From: Candidatus Omnitrophota bacterium
Lineage (GTDB): Bacteria > Omnitrophota > Omnitrophia > Omnitrophales > Aquincolibacteriaceae
Length of the DNA stretch: 64,000 nt
Reading direction: 5' to 3'
NCBI GenBank assembly: GCA_903856085.1
Contig: CAIOAT010000050.1
Coordinates: forward strand, 422-64,421
Shown here: one piece after another, positions 55,430-64,000 of the stretch
Position numbering within the stretch: the first letter of the stretch is position 1
Layout of the letters: the number at the start of each line of letters is the position of its first letter
Program-made: the position numbers and the translations under genes
Notes under the pieces: generated by a model
Seen by the model: only the letters and a program-made list of their open reading frames with translations
Databases searched by the model: none
Told to the model about the DNA's origin: nothing

Positions 55430-56833
55430 TCAGACTTTTTCGGTCTCCTGCTGCCAACCGCCCCCGAGCGCGCGATAAAGCTGAACATAGGCAATCAGCT
55501 GGGACCCGAGCGTACGCGCAAGACTGTTTTGGGCGCTATAATATTGCTGGTCCGCATCCAGGACTTCAATGTAGCTGGAAAGCCCTCCATCATAGCGAGC
55601 GATGGAGAGCCTCACCGCCTCAGCCAGAGCAGCAACCTGCTTTTCCTGTTCGACCCGTACCGCCTTAAATTTTTCGATATCCGCCAAAGCGTCAGCCACT
55701 TCACGAAATGCGCCGACCACCGTCTGCTTGTAAGAGGCAACCGACTGCTGCCATTTCGCCTGAGCGGCCTTGTAGTTATAAACATTCTTGCCACCCTTAA
55801 AAAGGGGCATATCCACATTCCCACCGATTGACCACGTATAGCCCTTTCCGTTAAAGATCTGGGAAGGCCTCTCACCGCCGCCACCTACAAAATTGGTCAG
55901 GTTCACCTGCGGCATAAATTCCCCGACCTTAACTCCCACGGACGCGTTCGCAGCCCTTAAAAGCTGCTCTGCTTCCATGATATCGGGACGATGCTTTAAT
56001 ATTTCAGAAGGAAGGCCTGTGCCGGGAAGGTTCGGAGTAAATCCTTCCTTGGAAATGGACTCCGTCCTTGAGATCGATCCGGGATTCCTGCCAAGCAATG
56101 CCGAAAGCTTATTCTCCTGGATCTCGATCTGGCGTTCGAGATCGGGAATGTTGGCCGCCGTTTGTTCATAATCGGCCTTGGCCCGCGCAACTTCAAGCCC
56201 GGAAGCCGTACCGCCGCGCTGACGCTTCTCAAAAAGATCGAGGTTGTCACTGCGGGTCTTAAGAGTTTTCTTGGCGATATCAAGTTCCAGGTCCAGTTCC
56301 AGGATGGTAAAATAAGTTTGGGCGGCATCCGACACGAGCGTCACCATCACACCGCGACGCGCGTCTTCCGTCGCCAAATATTCTGTCTGGGAGGCACGAA
56401 TCGCCTGGCGGATCTTTCCCCAAACGTCCAATTCCCACGCCGTGCTGAAACCTCCGGTCATCGTGGAGGTCAGACGGTCAAGACCCGGATAGAGCGCCTC
56501 CGAATTCCGGTCCCGTGAGATACCGCTCGTCAGATCCGTTTGAGGAAGGATCTGAGAACGGGTCACGCCCACCATGGCTCGGGCTTCGTCCACGCGGGCG
56601 GCCGCGGCACGCAGATCATAGTTATTGACGAGGGTCTCGCGGATAAGTTCCTGCAACGTCTTATCGGCAAAAACCTTCCACCAAGGCAGGTTGATCATCG
56701 ACTCCCCTTGCTCCAGGGTTTTGTAACTGCGATAAGTCTGCGGCAATTCCATGATAGGTTCACGATACCGGGGGCCAATCGCGCAACCGGACACTAAAAC
56801 TACAAGGGTAAGGAGAGCCGCTCTGAATTTCAT
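55430..56833 (-). CDS. NodT-family efflux outer-membrane lipoprotein
   Basis: Lipobox VSGC, WW..F.D..L, WELDVWG, RPDI, LYRALGGGW. Confidence 0.93.
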   Translation of the reverse strand: MKFRAALLTLVVLVSGCAIGPRYREPIMELPQTYRSYKTLEQGESMINLPWWKVFADKTLQELIRETLVNNYDLRAAAARVDEARAMVGVTRSQILPQTDLTSGISRDRNSEALYPGLDRLTSTMTGGFSTAWELDVWGKIRQAIRASQTEYLATEDARRGVMVTLVSDAAQTYFTILELDLELDIAKKTLKTRSDNLDLFEKRQRGGTASGLEVARAKADYEQTAANIPDLERQIEIQENKLSALLGRNPGSISRTESISKEGFTPNLPGTGLPSEILKHRPDIMEAEQLLRAANASVGVKVGEFMPQVNLTNFVGGGGERPSQIFNGKGYTWSIGGNVDMPLFKGGKNVYNYKAAQAKWQQSVASYKQTVVGAFREVADALADIEKFKAVRVEQEKQVAALAEAVRLSIARYDGGLSSYIEVLDADQQYYSAQNSLARTLGSQLIAYVQLYRALGGGWQQETEKV

Positions 56834-56938
56834 TTAACATCCTCCTCTTTCATATGTCGGGAGAGAGCAAAAAGATAATTGAAAGAATTTTTAGGATTAT
56901 ACCTGTTGCATCCTGCCAAGTCGAGGTGGAACAGGAAC

Positions 56939-58063
56939 TTACTTCGTCACCGCAATCGATTTCCGGAAAAGTCCCAAACTGTAAATAAAAAATAAAAGAC
57001 CGATCCCGCTGACCATCAGGAATTGCAGCCAAACCGCGCTAAGGCCGCCACCCCGGTAAATGATCACCTGCGAAAAACTGACAAAATGCCTTGAGGGCAA
57101 AAAGAAAGTGATCCTCTGGAGCCATTCGGGCTGGCTTTCGACGGGCGTCGATCCGCCGGAGAGGAGCATCAGCACAAGAACCACCAGAATATTTAAGAGC
57201 GCGAACTGCGCCATGGACCGTGAGATCGTTCCGAGGAATATTCCAAGCGCTGTCGCAAAGAAAAGATAGAGGACAACCCCGAAGAACCATAGAAGATGCG
57301 AACCGGCGAACGGTACCTTGAGCGCCATTTCGACCACCCCAAAAAGAGAAATCGCAGTCGCAAGCAGAATCACCAGACCGTTGGCCCAGACCTTTGCCAT
57401 GGCGATTTCAAAAGCGGTCAGCGGCATCACGAGTAGATGCTCCAGTGTTCCGTGCTCCCGTTCCCTGATAACCGCAGCACCTGTCAGAACGATCGTCAAC
57501 AAAGAGATCTGATTGATAATGGCCACCACACTCAAAAACCAGGAGGCCGTCCCATTGGGATTAAAAAGCTTGCGAATGATCAGTTTGACGGGCGCGGAGT
57601 CCTGCTCATCCGTCCTCTTCAAATAATTCGAGATGCGTTTGTTGATGATGCTTTTGATATAAGTCGTGCCAACGCCGGCCTGCTGCATGGCCGTTGCGTC
57701 GATATTGATCTGGATTTCCGGATTCCGCCCAGCCCGAAGATCGTCCTCGAACCTCGGGGGAACCGCGACAACGAACATGAACAAGCCTTTATCCATGGAG
57801 TCTTCCACTTCGCTTGCATTAATCTTTTTAGGCACCTGGAAACGCGGCGGATAAAAGGCATTGATGAGTTCCTTTGACAAAGTGGAGTTATTCTCATCCA
57901 CAAAGGCGATCGATGCGTTATTCACTTCATTCGACGTGCCTGTCGCCTGAACATAGATCGCGAACGTGAACGCGTAAATCACGAACGCGAGCATCACCTT
58001 ATCACTGATCAGACTGCGGATTTCCTTCAGACCAAGCCAAAAAATATTCAAAAGTGACGTCAC
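56939..58063 (-). CDS. yhhJ: ABC-2 permease YhhJ-like
   Basis: LGLKEIRSL, REREHGTLEHLLVMP, LSGGSTP.ES. Confidence 0.88.
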   Translation of the reverse strand: MTSLLNIFWLGLKEIRSLISDKVMLAFVIYAFTFAIYVQATGTSNEVNNASIAFVDENNSTLSKELINAFYPPRFQVPKKINASEVEDSMDKGLFMFVVAVPPRFEDDLRAGRNPEIQINIDATAMQQAGVGTTYIKSIINKRISNYLKRTDEQDSAPVKLIIRKLFNPNGTASWFLSVVAIINQISLLTIVLTGAAVIREREHGTLEHLLVMPLTAFEIAMAKVWANGLVILLATAISLFGVVEMALKVPFAGSHLLWFFGVVLYLFFATALGIFLGTISRSMAQFALLNILVVLVLMLLSGGSTPVESQPEWLQRITFFLPSRHFVSFSQVIIYRGGGLSAVWLQFLMVSGIGLLFFIYSLGLFRKSIAVTK

Positions 58064-58065
58064 GG

Positions 58066-60861
58066 CTATTTCTCCTGCTTTTTAAGTCCGAGCATACTGA
58101 CCGCCCAGAAAATCGGGATGCAACAAGCCAGAAAAATAATATCCTGCATCATAAGACCCGGACGGAGCCCCTTCGTATAGGCCCCCACGCTTGAGTGCAT
58201 ATAGTAAGTGGTCGGCCAGATCGAACCGATGATCTTGGCCTTTCCCATAAGGGTTGAGACCGGCTGCAGCAAGCCCGAGAACTGAATGGTCGGTGTCATG
58301 GCGATAATCGCGGTCACGAAGACGGCAGCGACCTGGCTTGTGGTGAAACTCGAAATGAGCATGCCGATTCCGGTCGTCGCCGTAACATAAAGCAGTGTGG
58401 TCAACGTCAAGAACAAGAAACTGCCTTTGATTGGGACGCCAAAAATGATACGCGCCATGGCGGCCAAAATAAAAAAATTGATCATCGCGATCGCAACGTA
58501 GGGAATCTGCTTTCCCAGAAGGTACTCCAGCTTCCCTGTCGGCGTGACATAGAAATTGATCATGGAGCCCAATTCCTTTTCGCGCACGATACTGACCGCC
58601 ATCAGGATCGCTGGGATCAGGATCAAAAGAAGAGCCGGAATACTCGGCACGATCGAATAAACGCTTTCAAACGTGGGATTGTACATGTAGCGTTCTTCAA
58701 AAGTCGCCGTATCCTTCAGGGGGCCCACTTGCAACCCGCTCGCCGGATTCTGGAGCATCGTCGTATTGACCGCTTGGACGTATTGGGCGACGGTCTCGCC
58801 GCGAAAGGTCATGGCTGCATCCACCTGGGCCAGTACCTCGGGGGCATTCCCCCGACGAAAATCCCTGCCGAAATTAGGCGGTATCTCAAGAACCACCGAA
58901 ACATCATCCGCCTGCAACCGACGCAAGCCTTCATCGGCAGACCGTACCGGCGCCGTACGCGTAAAATAGCGTGGAGATCCGGCAAATTGTTCAAGATAAG
59001 CGCGGCTCTCCGGCGACTGATCAAGATCGAATGAGGCGTAGCGAATATGTTCGATATCGGTGGTTATGCCAAAACCGAAGACGAGCATCAAGAGCGCGGA
59101 GCCGATGAACGAGAAGACCAATCGCACCGGATCGCGAAGTATCTGCATGGTTTCATTGCGAGCATACGCGACCATCCGTCCGAGCCGCAGCCGGAAGCCG
59201 GTAGGCGCCGATGCCTTTGCAACCGCAGGCTGAACAGCCGCGGGCTCACTGCTAGGAGCCTTGTCTTTACTTTTGCCGCCGGATGCGGCATCAGCAACGG
59301 CATCTTCCATGCAACCGATGAATGCATCCTCAAGATTGGCGGCGCCACGCGCTGCGATCAGCTTTTGCGGAGCGTCACAAGCCAACACCTTCCCCGCGCT
59401 CATGAGCGAGATCCTGTCGCAACGCATGCCTTCGTTCATGAAGTGCGTCGTGATGAAGATCGTCACCCCCTGTTTGCGCGAAAGGTCGACCAGCAATTCC
59501 CAGAAACTGTCCCGCGCGACAGGATCGACCCCCGAAGTGGGTTCATCCAGGATCAATATTTTTGGTTCGTGCAAAACAGCCACGGCCAGTGAAAGCCTCT
59601 GACGTAAGCCCATGGGCAGAGACTCCGCCAGCGAATCGAGATGCGGCCCCAGTCCGAACTTTTCGACGAGCTCCTTAATGCGCTCCTCCGCCTTTTTAGC
59701 CGGAATGTGGTACAGGAGAGCATCCAGCACCAGGTTCTGGCGAACGGTCAGCTCGCCGTAAAGTGAGAACGCTTGCGTCATATAGCCGAGTTTTTTTCGA
59801 ACTTCGATGCTTCCGGCTTCGACGGAACTTCCAAAAAGCGTTGCCGTGCCTTCGGTAGGAGGCAAAAGTCCCGTCAACATTTTCATGGTGGTGGACTTAC
59901 CGCATCCGTTGGATCCAAGAAAACCAAAGATCTCTCCGCACTCGATCGACAGACTGACATGATCCACCGCGGTGAAGCTGCCAAACCGGCGGGTCAGTCC
60001 CTTAGCATCGATGACGACCTCGGATTTTCCGGCCGCACGGGGCGGGATGACGAGTTCTGTGTGTCCGCTACGTTTTTCTTCCGGAAGCAACCCGATGAAA
60101 CAGGCCTCAAGATCTTTAGTGCCTGTCCGCTTCATCAACTCGGCCGGCGTTCCTGTGGCCAACACCTTTCCGGCATCCATCGCCACGATCCAGTCCCACT
60201 TTTGCGCTTCATCCATGTAAGCGGTGGAAATGAGAACGCTCATACCGGGACGGCCGGCGCGAATGTCGTCGATGAGCGTCCAAAATTGCCGGCGGGAAAG
60301 CGGGTCAACGCCGGTGGTGGGTTCATCAAGGATCAAAAGGTCCGGTTCGTGAACCAAAGCTCCGCAGAGTCCTACCTTTTGCTTCATTCCTCCTGAAAGC
60401 TTGCCGGCAGGACGATCGGCAAACGGACCGAGTCCCGTAGCATCGAGTAATTCCTTGATACGAATCGGACGTTCCGCGGACGACAACCCGAAAAGTTGCG
60501 CCATGAAGTCAACATTGTCATAAACGCTAAGTTCCAGGTAGAGGTTCTTGCCCAATCCCTGAGGCATGTAGGCGATCCGGGGACACGCGCCGCGCCGATG
60601 TGCGGCATCAGCCATATCCCCCTCCAAGGCAGTCACCTTCCCCTGCTGGATCTTTTTCGATCCGGCGATCAGGGCCATGAGCGTCGATTTCCCGACGCCG
60701 TCAGGACCGATGATGCCGACCATCAGACCGCTTGGGATATCAAGGGAAATACCGTCAAGTGCTGAGACCTTGCCATAACGGTGAGTAACGTCTTGAATGG
60801 AAACGACCGGCTGCGCCCCGGATGCAACTCGAGATGTTTGAAAAGCGGATGACTCCACCAT
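58066..60861 (-). CDS. rbbA: Ribosome-associated ATPase / ABC transporter RbbA
   Basis: Two ABC domains (GPDGVGKS, GSNGCGKS) fused to an ABC-2 permease (REKELGS..NFYVTP). Confidence 0.92.
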   Translation of the reverse strand: MVESSAFQTSRVASGAQPVVSIQDVTHRYGKVSALDGISLDIPSGLMVGIIGPDGVGKSTLMALIAGSKKIQQGKVTALEGDMADAAHRRGACPRIAYMPQGLGKNLYLELSVYDNVDFMAQLFGLSSAERPIRIKELLDATGLGPFADRPAGKLSGGMKQKVGLCGALVHEPDLLILDEPTTGVDPLSRRQFWTLIDDIRAGRPGMSVLISTAYMDEAQKWDWIVAMDAGKVLATGTPAELMKRTGTKDLEACFIGLLPEEKRSGHTELVIPPRAAGKSEVVIDAKGLTRRFGSFTAVDHVSLSIECGEIFGFLGSNGCGKSTTMKMLTGLLPPTEGTATLFGSSVEAGSIEVRKKLGYMTQAFSLYGELTVRQNLVLDALLYHIPAKKAEERIKELVEKFGLGPHLDSLAESLPMGLRQRLSLAVAVLHEPKILILDEPTSGVDPVARDSFWELLVDLSRKQGVTIFITTHFMNEGMRCDRISLMSAGKVLACDAPQKLIAARGAANLEDAFIGCMEDAVADAASGGKSKDKAPSSEPAAVQPAVAKASAPTGFRLRLGRMVAYARNETMQILRDPVRLVFSFIGSALLMLVFGFGITTDIEHIRYASFDLDQSPESRAYLEQFAGSPRYFTRTAPVRSADEGLRRLQADDVSVVLEIPPNFGRDFRRGNAPEVLAQVDAAMTFRGETVAQYVQAVNTTMLQNPASGLQVGPLKDTATFEERYMYNPTFESVYSIVPSIPALLLILIPAILMAVSIVREKELGSMINFYVTPTGKLEYLLGKQIPYVAIAMINFFILAAMARIIFGVPIKGSFLFLTLTTLLYVTATTGIGMLISSFTTSQVAAVFVTAIIAMTPTIQFSGLLQPVSTLMGKAKIIGSIWPTTYYMHSSVGAYTKGLRPGLMMQDIIFLACCIPIFWAVSMLGLKKQEK

Positions 60862-60894
60862 TAGTTTCCCAAGTCAGTCTGTAGGTTTGGTGAT

Positions 60895-61914
60895 CTACTT
60901 CGTGCCCGGCTTTTTGGCGGGCTGAACGAGATTCTGAAGCCAACTGGGCCAGACGGCAGAATCTTTTATTTTGACATATCCGACACCGCGAACGCCCGTC
61001 TTGACGCGTTCAATGTAACCGGAAACCAATTCCTGGGGCACCTGGACCTTGACCCGGAACATCAGCTTGTCGCGCTCGCTCTTTGTCTCGACCTGTTTGG
61101 GAGTGAATTGCGCTTCCGGGGACACAAAACTTACATAAGCCGCAGCCGCACGACCGGGAGCATAGTCAACTGTCAGCCTTGCTTCAGCGCCGACCTTAAG
61201 GCCGGCAGCCTGTTCGGAAGGAAGGTAGATTTCCATGTAGACGTCTTCCAGGTTCACAAGGGTCAACGCTTTCCCTCCGGCAGCAAGCATTTCACCGGGT
61301 TCCGCCAGGCGGTAAAGCACTCGTCCGGTCACGGGAGACTTGAGCGTCGCGTCATCAATATGCGTTTGGATCGTCGTCACATTCGCCTGCGCGACTTCGA
61401 CCTCTTGCTTCGCCGTCCGAAGCTGCGCTTCCGCTTCCGCAAGAGCGGCCGTGGATGTCTGGAGCGACGTGTTGCGCTCATCAAACTCACGCTGAGAAAG
61501 GGCATTTTGGTCGACAAGTTTACGGGTACGGTCAAACTCAAGTTGGGCATTGTCAACCAAGCTCTTTTGCCTGACAACCGCAAAGTTGGCGCTTGCCACG
61601 CGCTCTTGCGCACTTGCGACTTGCAATTTGGCCTGATTCAGCTGGGAATCGAACGTGGCGGTATCCAGATGCACCAGCACCTGACCTGGCTTAACGAGAT
61701 CCCCTTCATCAACGAGGATCTCCTTGACTCTCAGCGCATCCTTGGCAACCGCATCCACCAGTTTGGCCTCGATCCGGCCGTTCCCCGATGCGATCCCCTT
61801 TGGCAACTCGGATTGCTTTGCCTTCCAATGCTGATAGCCGAAGAACGCCACAGCCACGACGGCGAGCAAAAGAATGATCAACTTCAGAAGCTTCGGAGAT
61901 ATGACTTTTGGCAT
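60895..61914 (-). CDS. HlyD family membrane fusion protein (YhiI-like)
   Basis: SGNGRIEA, AQFTPK.VET..ER.KLMFRVK. Confidence 0.92.
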   Translation of the reverse strand: MPKVISPKLLKLIILLLAVVAVAFFGYQHWKAKQSELPKGIASGNGRIEAKLVDAVAKDALRVKEILVDEGDLVKPGQVLVHLDTATFDSQLNQAKLQVASAQERVASANFAVVRQKSLVDNAQLEFDRTRKLVDQNALSQREFDERNTSLQTSTAALAEAEAQLRTAKQEVEVAQANVTTIQTHIDDATLKSPVTGRVLYRLAEPGEMLAAGGKALTLVNLEDVYMEIYLPSEQAAGLKVGAEARLTVDYAPGRAAAAYVSFVSPEAQFTPKQVETKSERDKLMFRVKVQVPQELVSGYIERVKTGVRGVGYVKIKDSAVWPSWLQNLVQPAKKPGTK

Positions 61915-62194
61915 AATTGACTCCCTGGTTTATGATTTAAAAAACTTTATACTCGCGGCTCATCATGGCGCTCTGGCCCCGGAAATCCAAGCAGCTCTTT
62001 CAAGGTAGGACTGGGAGGGAAAACAAGAGTGCGAAGGTAAGAAACAGACCGCAGGATCGATTCGTTTTAAGCATCGGCAATTTTAAAAACTCGACCTCAG
62101 ATTATCAAAAAAGAAGAACTCGCACCATATTAGTCATAAGTCCTTTAAATTCAAGGGGAAAAGCACGTCGCTTGCAACAGGAGTTCGTAAAAGC

Positions 62195-63757
62195 CTACTT
62201 GACCCGCACTACGATGAGTGTCAGATCGTCAAAGGGCGGAGCATGCCCGATGAATTCCTTGATCCCGGCCTGGATTTTTACAAAAAGATCATGAGCACTC
62301 AGCGAACTGTTCTGCTCTATCAGTCGCTTCAGTCGTTCGACCCCAAACATTTCGCCATGAGCCGCTTTGGCCTCAGTCACTCCGTCCGTGTACATCACAA
62401 GAAAATCCTGCGACGCCAGTTGGATTGTTTCTTCCGCATAGGTTTGCCCCGGAAGAATGCCCACGGGGATCCCGCTCGTTGCGATCTCGGCAAAGACTTT
62501 CTCTTTGGTTTTGAACCACAGGGGGGGATAATGACCCGCGTTGGCACAAGTCATCTGCTTCTTTTCTTTATGATAGAGCAGGTAGAGGACTGTGATGAAC
62601 ATCCCCTTCCCCGAAGAAGCATCCGCCGCAATATAACTGTTTGAACGACTTAAGATCGCTCCCGGATTCGCCTCTTCGGAGGAGATCACCCTAAAAACGC
62701 TTCGTGAGCGAGTCATGTACAGAGTGCCCGGCAGCCCCTTCCCGGACGCATCGGCAATAATAAAACCTAACTGGTCACGAGAAGGAACGGAAAGAAAATC
62801 ATAATAATCCCCGCCCACTTCTTTGGCGGGGACGCTCTGGGCCTCGATTTCAAGCCCCTCAACTTCGGGGGGATGTTCCGGAAAGATCGATCGCTGAATT
62901 TCGGTAGCGATCTCGAGTTCGCGCCTCACGCTCTCGTGTTCGCGCACCGTCTCCGCCAACTCACTCATCATGCGCTTCAGAGATCCTGTCATCTTATTGA
63001 AGATCTTGGAGATACGATCGAATTCGGTCTCAGCAAAACGCTCCAACTTATGTTCGAGGTCGCCGCCCCCCACCGTTTCCATTCCCTTGACCACCCGCCG
63101 TATCGGTCTTGTCAGCCAAATCGAGCTTAAAAGTCCAACCACGAGAGAAAAAACAAGGCAGGCACCGATCGAGATCAGGAAACGGCTGAAAAATTCCTCC
63201 CGAATCTGGATGACCGTTTGCTGCGCAATATCCACTCCAATGATCCCAACGATCTCTCCCGAACGCGTTTTAACGGGGGCAAAAGATGAAACCCAGGTGC
63301 CCCATCGATCTGTCTGGGCTTGCAGATCCGTGTATGATTTTCTAAATCCCATCCTGACCTGCGGATTATTACGAATATCATAGCGCTCCCCGCAGCCCAC
63401 CGGCGTCCGCTCACGATCGGCGTTCGTCACAAAACGGACATAATTCGGATCCGGATCCGCCACCATGATATAGGTGTCAAAAATATCACTGTCAACAGCG
63501 CGAATACTTTTGAGTTTTTTGATCAAGGCGATGGTGTCAGGTAACTTTTCGCAACCAACCTGAAGCGGGATTGACTGGATATCTTCGCCCGGGATCAGGT
63601 TCGCGCTGACTTGAGTGAAGTTTTCGAGATACTGCTGGAAGGCTTCGTCGCGAAGCTTCGTCGCTCTGAAGTAGAAAAAAGTAAAAAGGCCCACGAGCAC
63701 AAACGCGCTCGAAAGAAAAAAAACGATCGAAAGACGGGCCGCGAAGCTTTTGAACAT
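62195..63757 (-). CDS. SpoIIE/RsbU-type PP2C phosphatase with periplasmic sensor and HAMP
   Basis: VGGDYYDF, IADASGKG, NAGH, YTDGVTEA, DDLT. Confidence 0.93.
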   Translation of the reverse strand: MFKSFAARLSIVFFLSSAFVLVGLFTFFYFRATKLRDEAFQQYLENFTQVSANLIPGEDIQSIPLQVGCEKLPDTIALIKKLKSIRAVDSDIFDTYIMVADPDPNYVRFVTNADRERTPVGCGERYDIRNNPQVRMGFRKSYTDLQAQTDRWGTWVSSFAPVKTRSGEIVGIIGVDIAQQTVIQIREEFFSRFLISIGACLVFSLVVGLLSSIWLTRPIRRVVKGMETVGGGDLEHKLERFAETEFDRISKIFNKMTGSLKRMMSELAETVREHESVRRELEIATEIQRSIFPEHPPEVEGLEIEAQSVPAKEVGGDYYDFLSVPSRDQLGFIIADASGKGLPGTLYMTRSRSVFRVISSEEANPGAILSRSNSYIAADASSGKGMFITVLYLLYHKEKKQMTCANAGHYPPLWFKTKEKVFAEIATSGIPVGILPGQTYAEETIQLASQDFLVMYTDGVTEAKAAHGEMFGVERLKRLIEQNSSLSAHDLFVKIQAGIKEFIGHAPPFDDLTLIVVRVK

Positions 63758-63769
63758 GGTCGTATTTTA

Positions 63770-63935
63770 GTCCCAATATCGATCAATTTCAATGAAGTTG
63801 AAATAGGGGCAACTCTTTTGTCAACAATTTCAGAAATGGAGTTCTAGACAGGGGCAGCCTTTGCTCCGCCGCTCTGCAAGGTGAATTCGTCCTTACTTGA
63901 AGCTCAAGAGAGGCAAAGTAAAAAGACCCCCTGTC
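63770..63935 (+). repeat. Dispersed structured repeat family 2, copy 3, with two further hairpins
   Basis: Core GTCCCAATATCGATCAATTTCAATGAAGTTGAAATAGGGGC, then AACTCT...GGAGTT and GACAGGGG...CCCCTGTC. Confidence 0.7.
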
Positions 63936-64000
63936 ATACCGCTTCATACGCATTCCACCGCAATGGTTAGCAATCCACGAACGAATGAACATTTCTAAAA

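Noticed and set aside
34458-63805. TTGAAAT motifs resembling CRISPR repeat 3' ends
   Set aside because: Isolated copies, no regular repeat-spacer array and no cas genes in the window.

Overview
Mostly core chromosome of a diderm, probably anaerobic bacterium. Gene content suggests Candidatus Omnitrophota/PVC, but this is inference only. The left end is the tail of an integrated element: a large serine recombinase whose reading frame runs antisense through its apparent target, tRNA-Gln(TTG). It is followed by spoVG, ispE, a small bS22-like ribosomal protein gene missing from the ORF track, hisG, tsaD, gatCAB, a fur-feoAB-OM barrel-tolC-RND iron/efflux cluster, a Upf1-like helicase, the AmmeMemoRadiSam trio, LemA-GIDE, a minor-pilin cassette, trpB2, a CHASE2 cyclase/FecR/TPR-barrel signalling locus, HelY, AddB, QueD, HD-GYP and SpoIIE sensors, and an rbbA efflux cassette. 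The least explained signals are two dispersed families of structured repeats. (1) An ~84-nt two-hairpin element with covarying stems occurs three times, always on the mRNA strand of helicase/nuclease genes: as the N-terminal extension of HelY, as a frame-broken leader of addB, and as an in-frame insertion inside AddB, reminiscent of Rickettsia coding palindromic elements. (2) A 41-nt hairpin core plus a variable hairpin occurs in three intergenic regions up to 32 kb apart. All alignments, base pairings and start-codon choices were done by eye.
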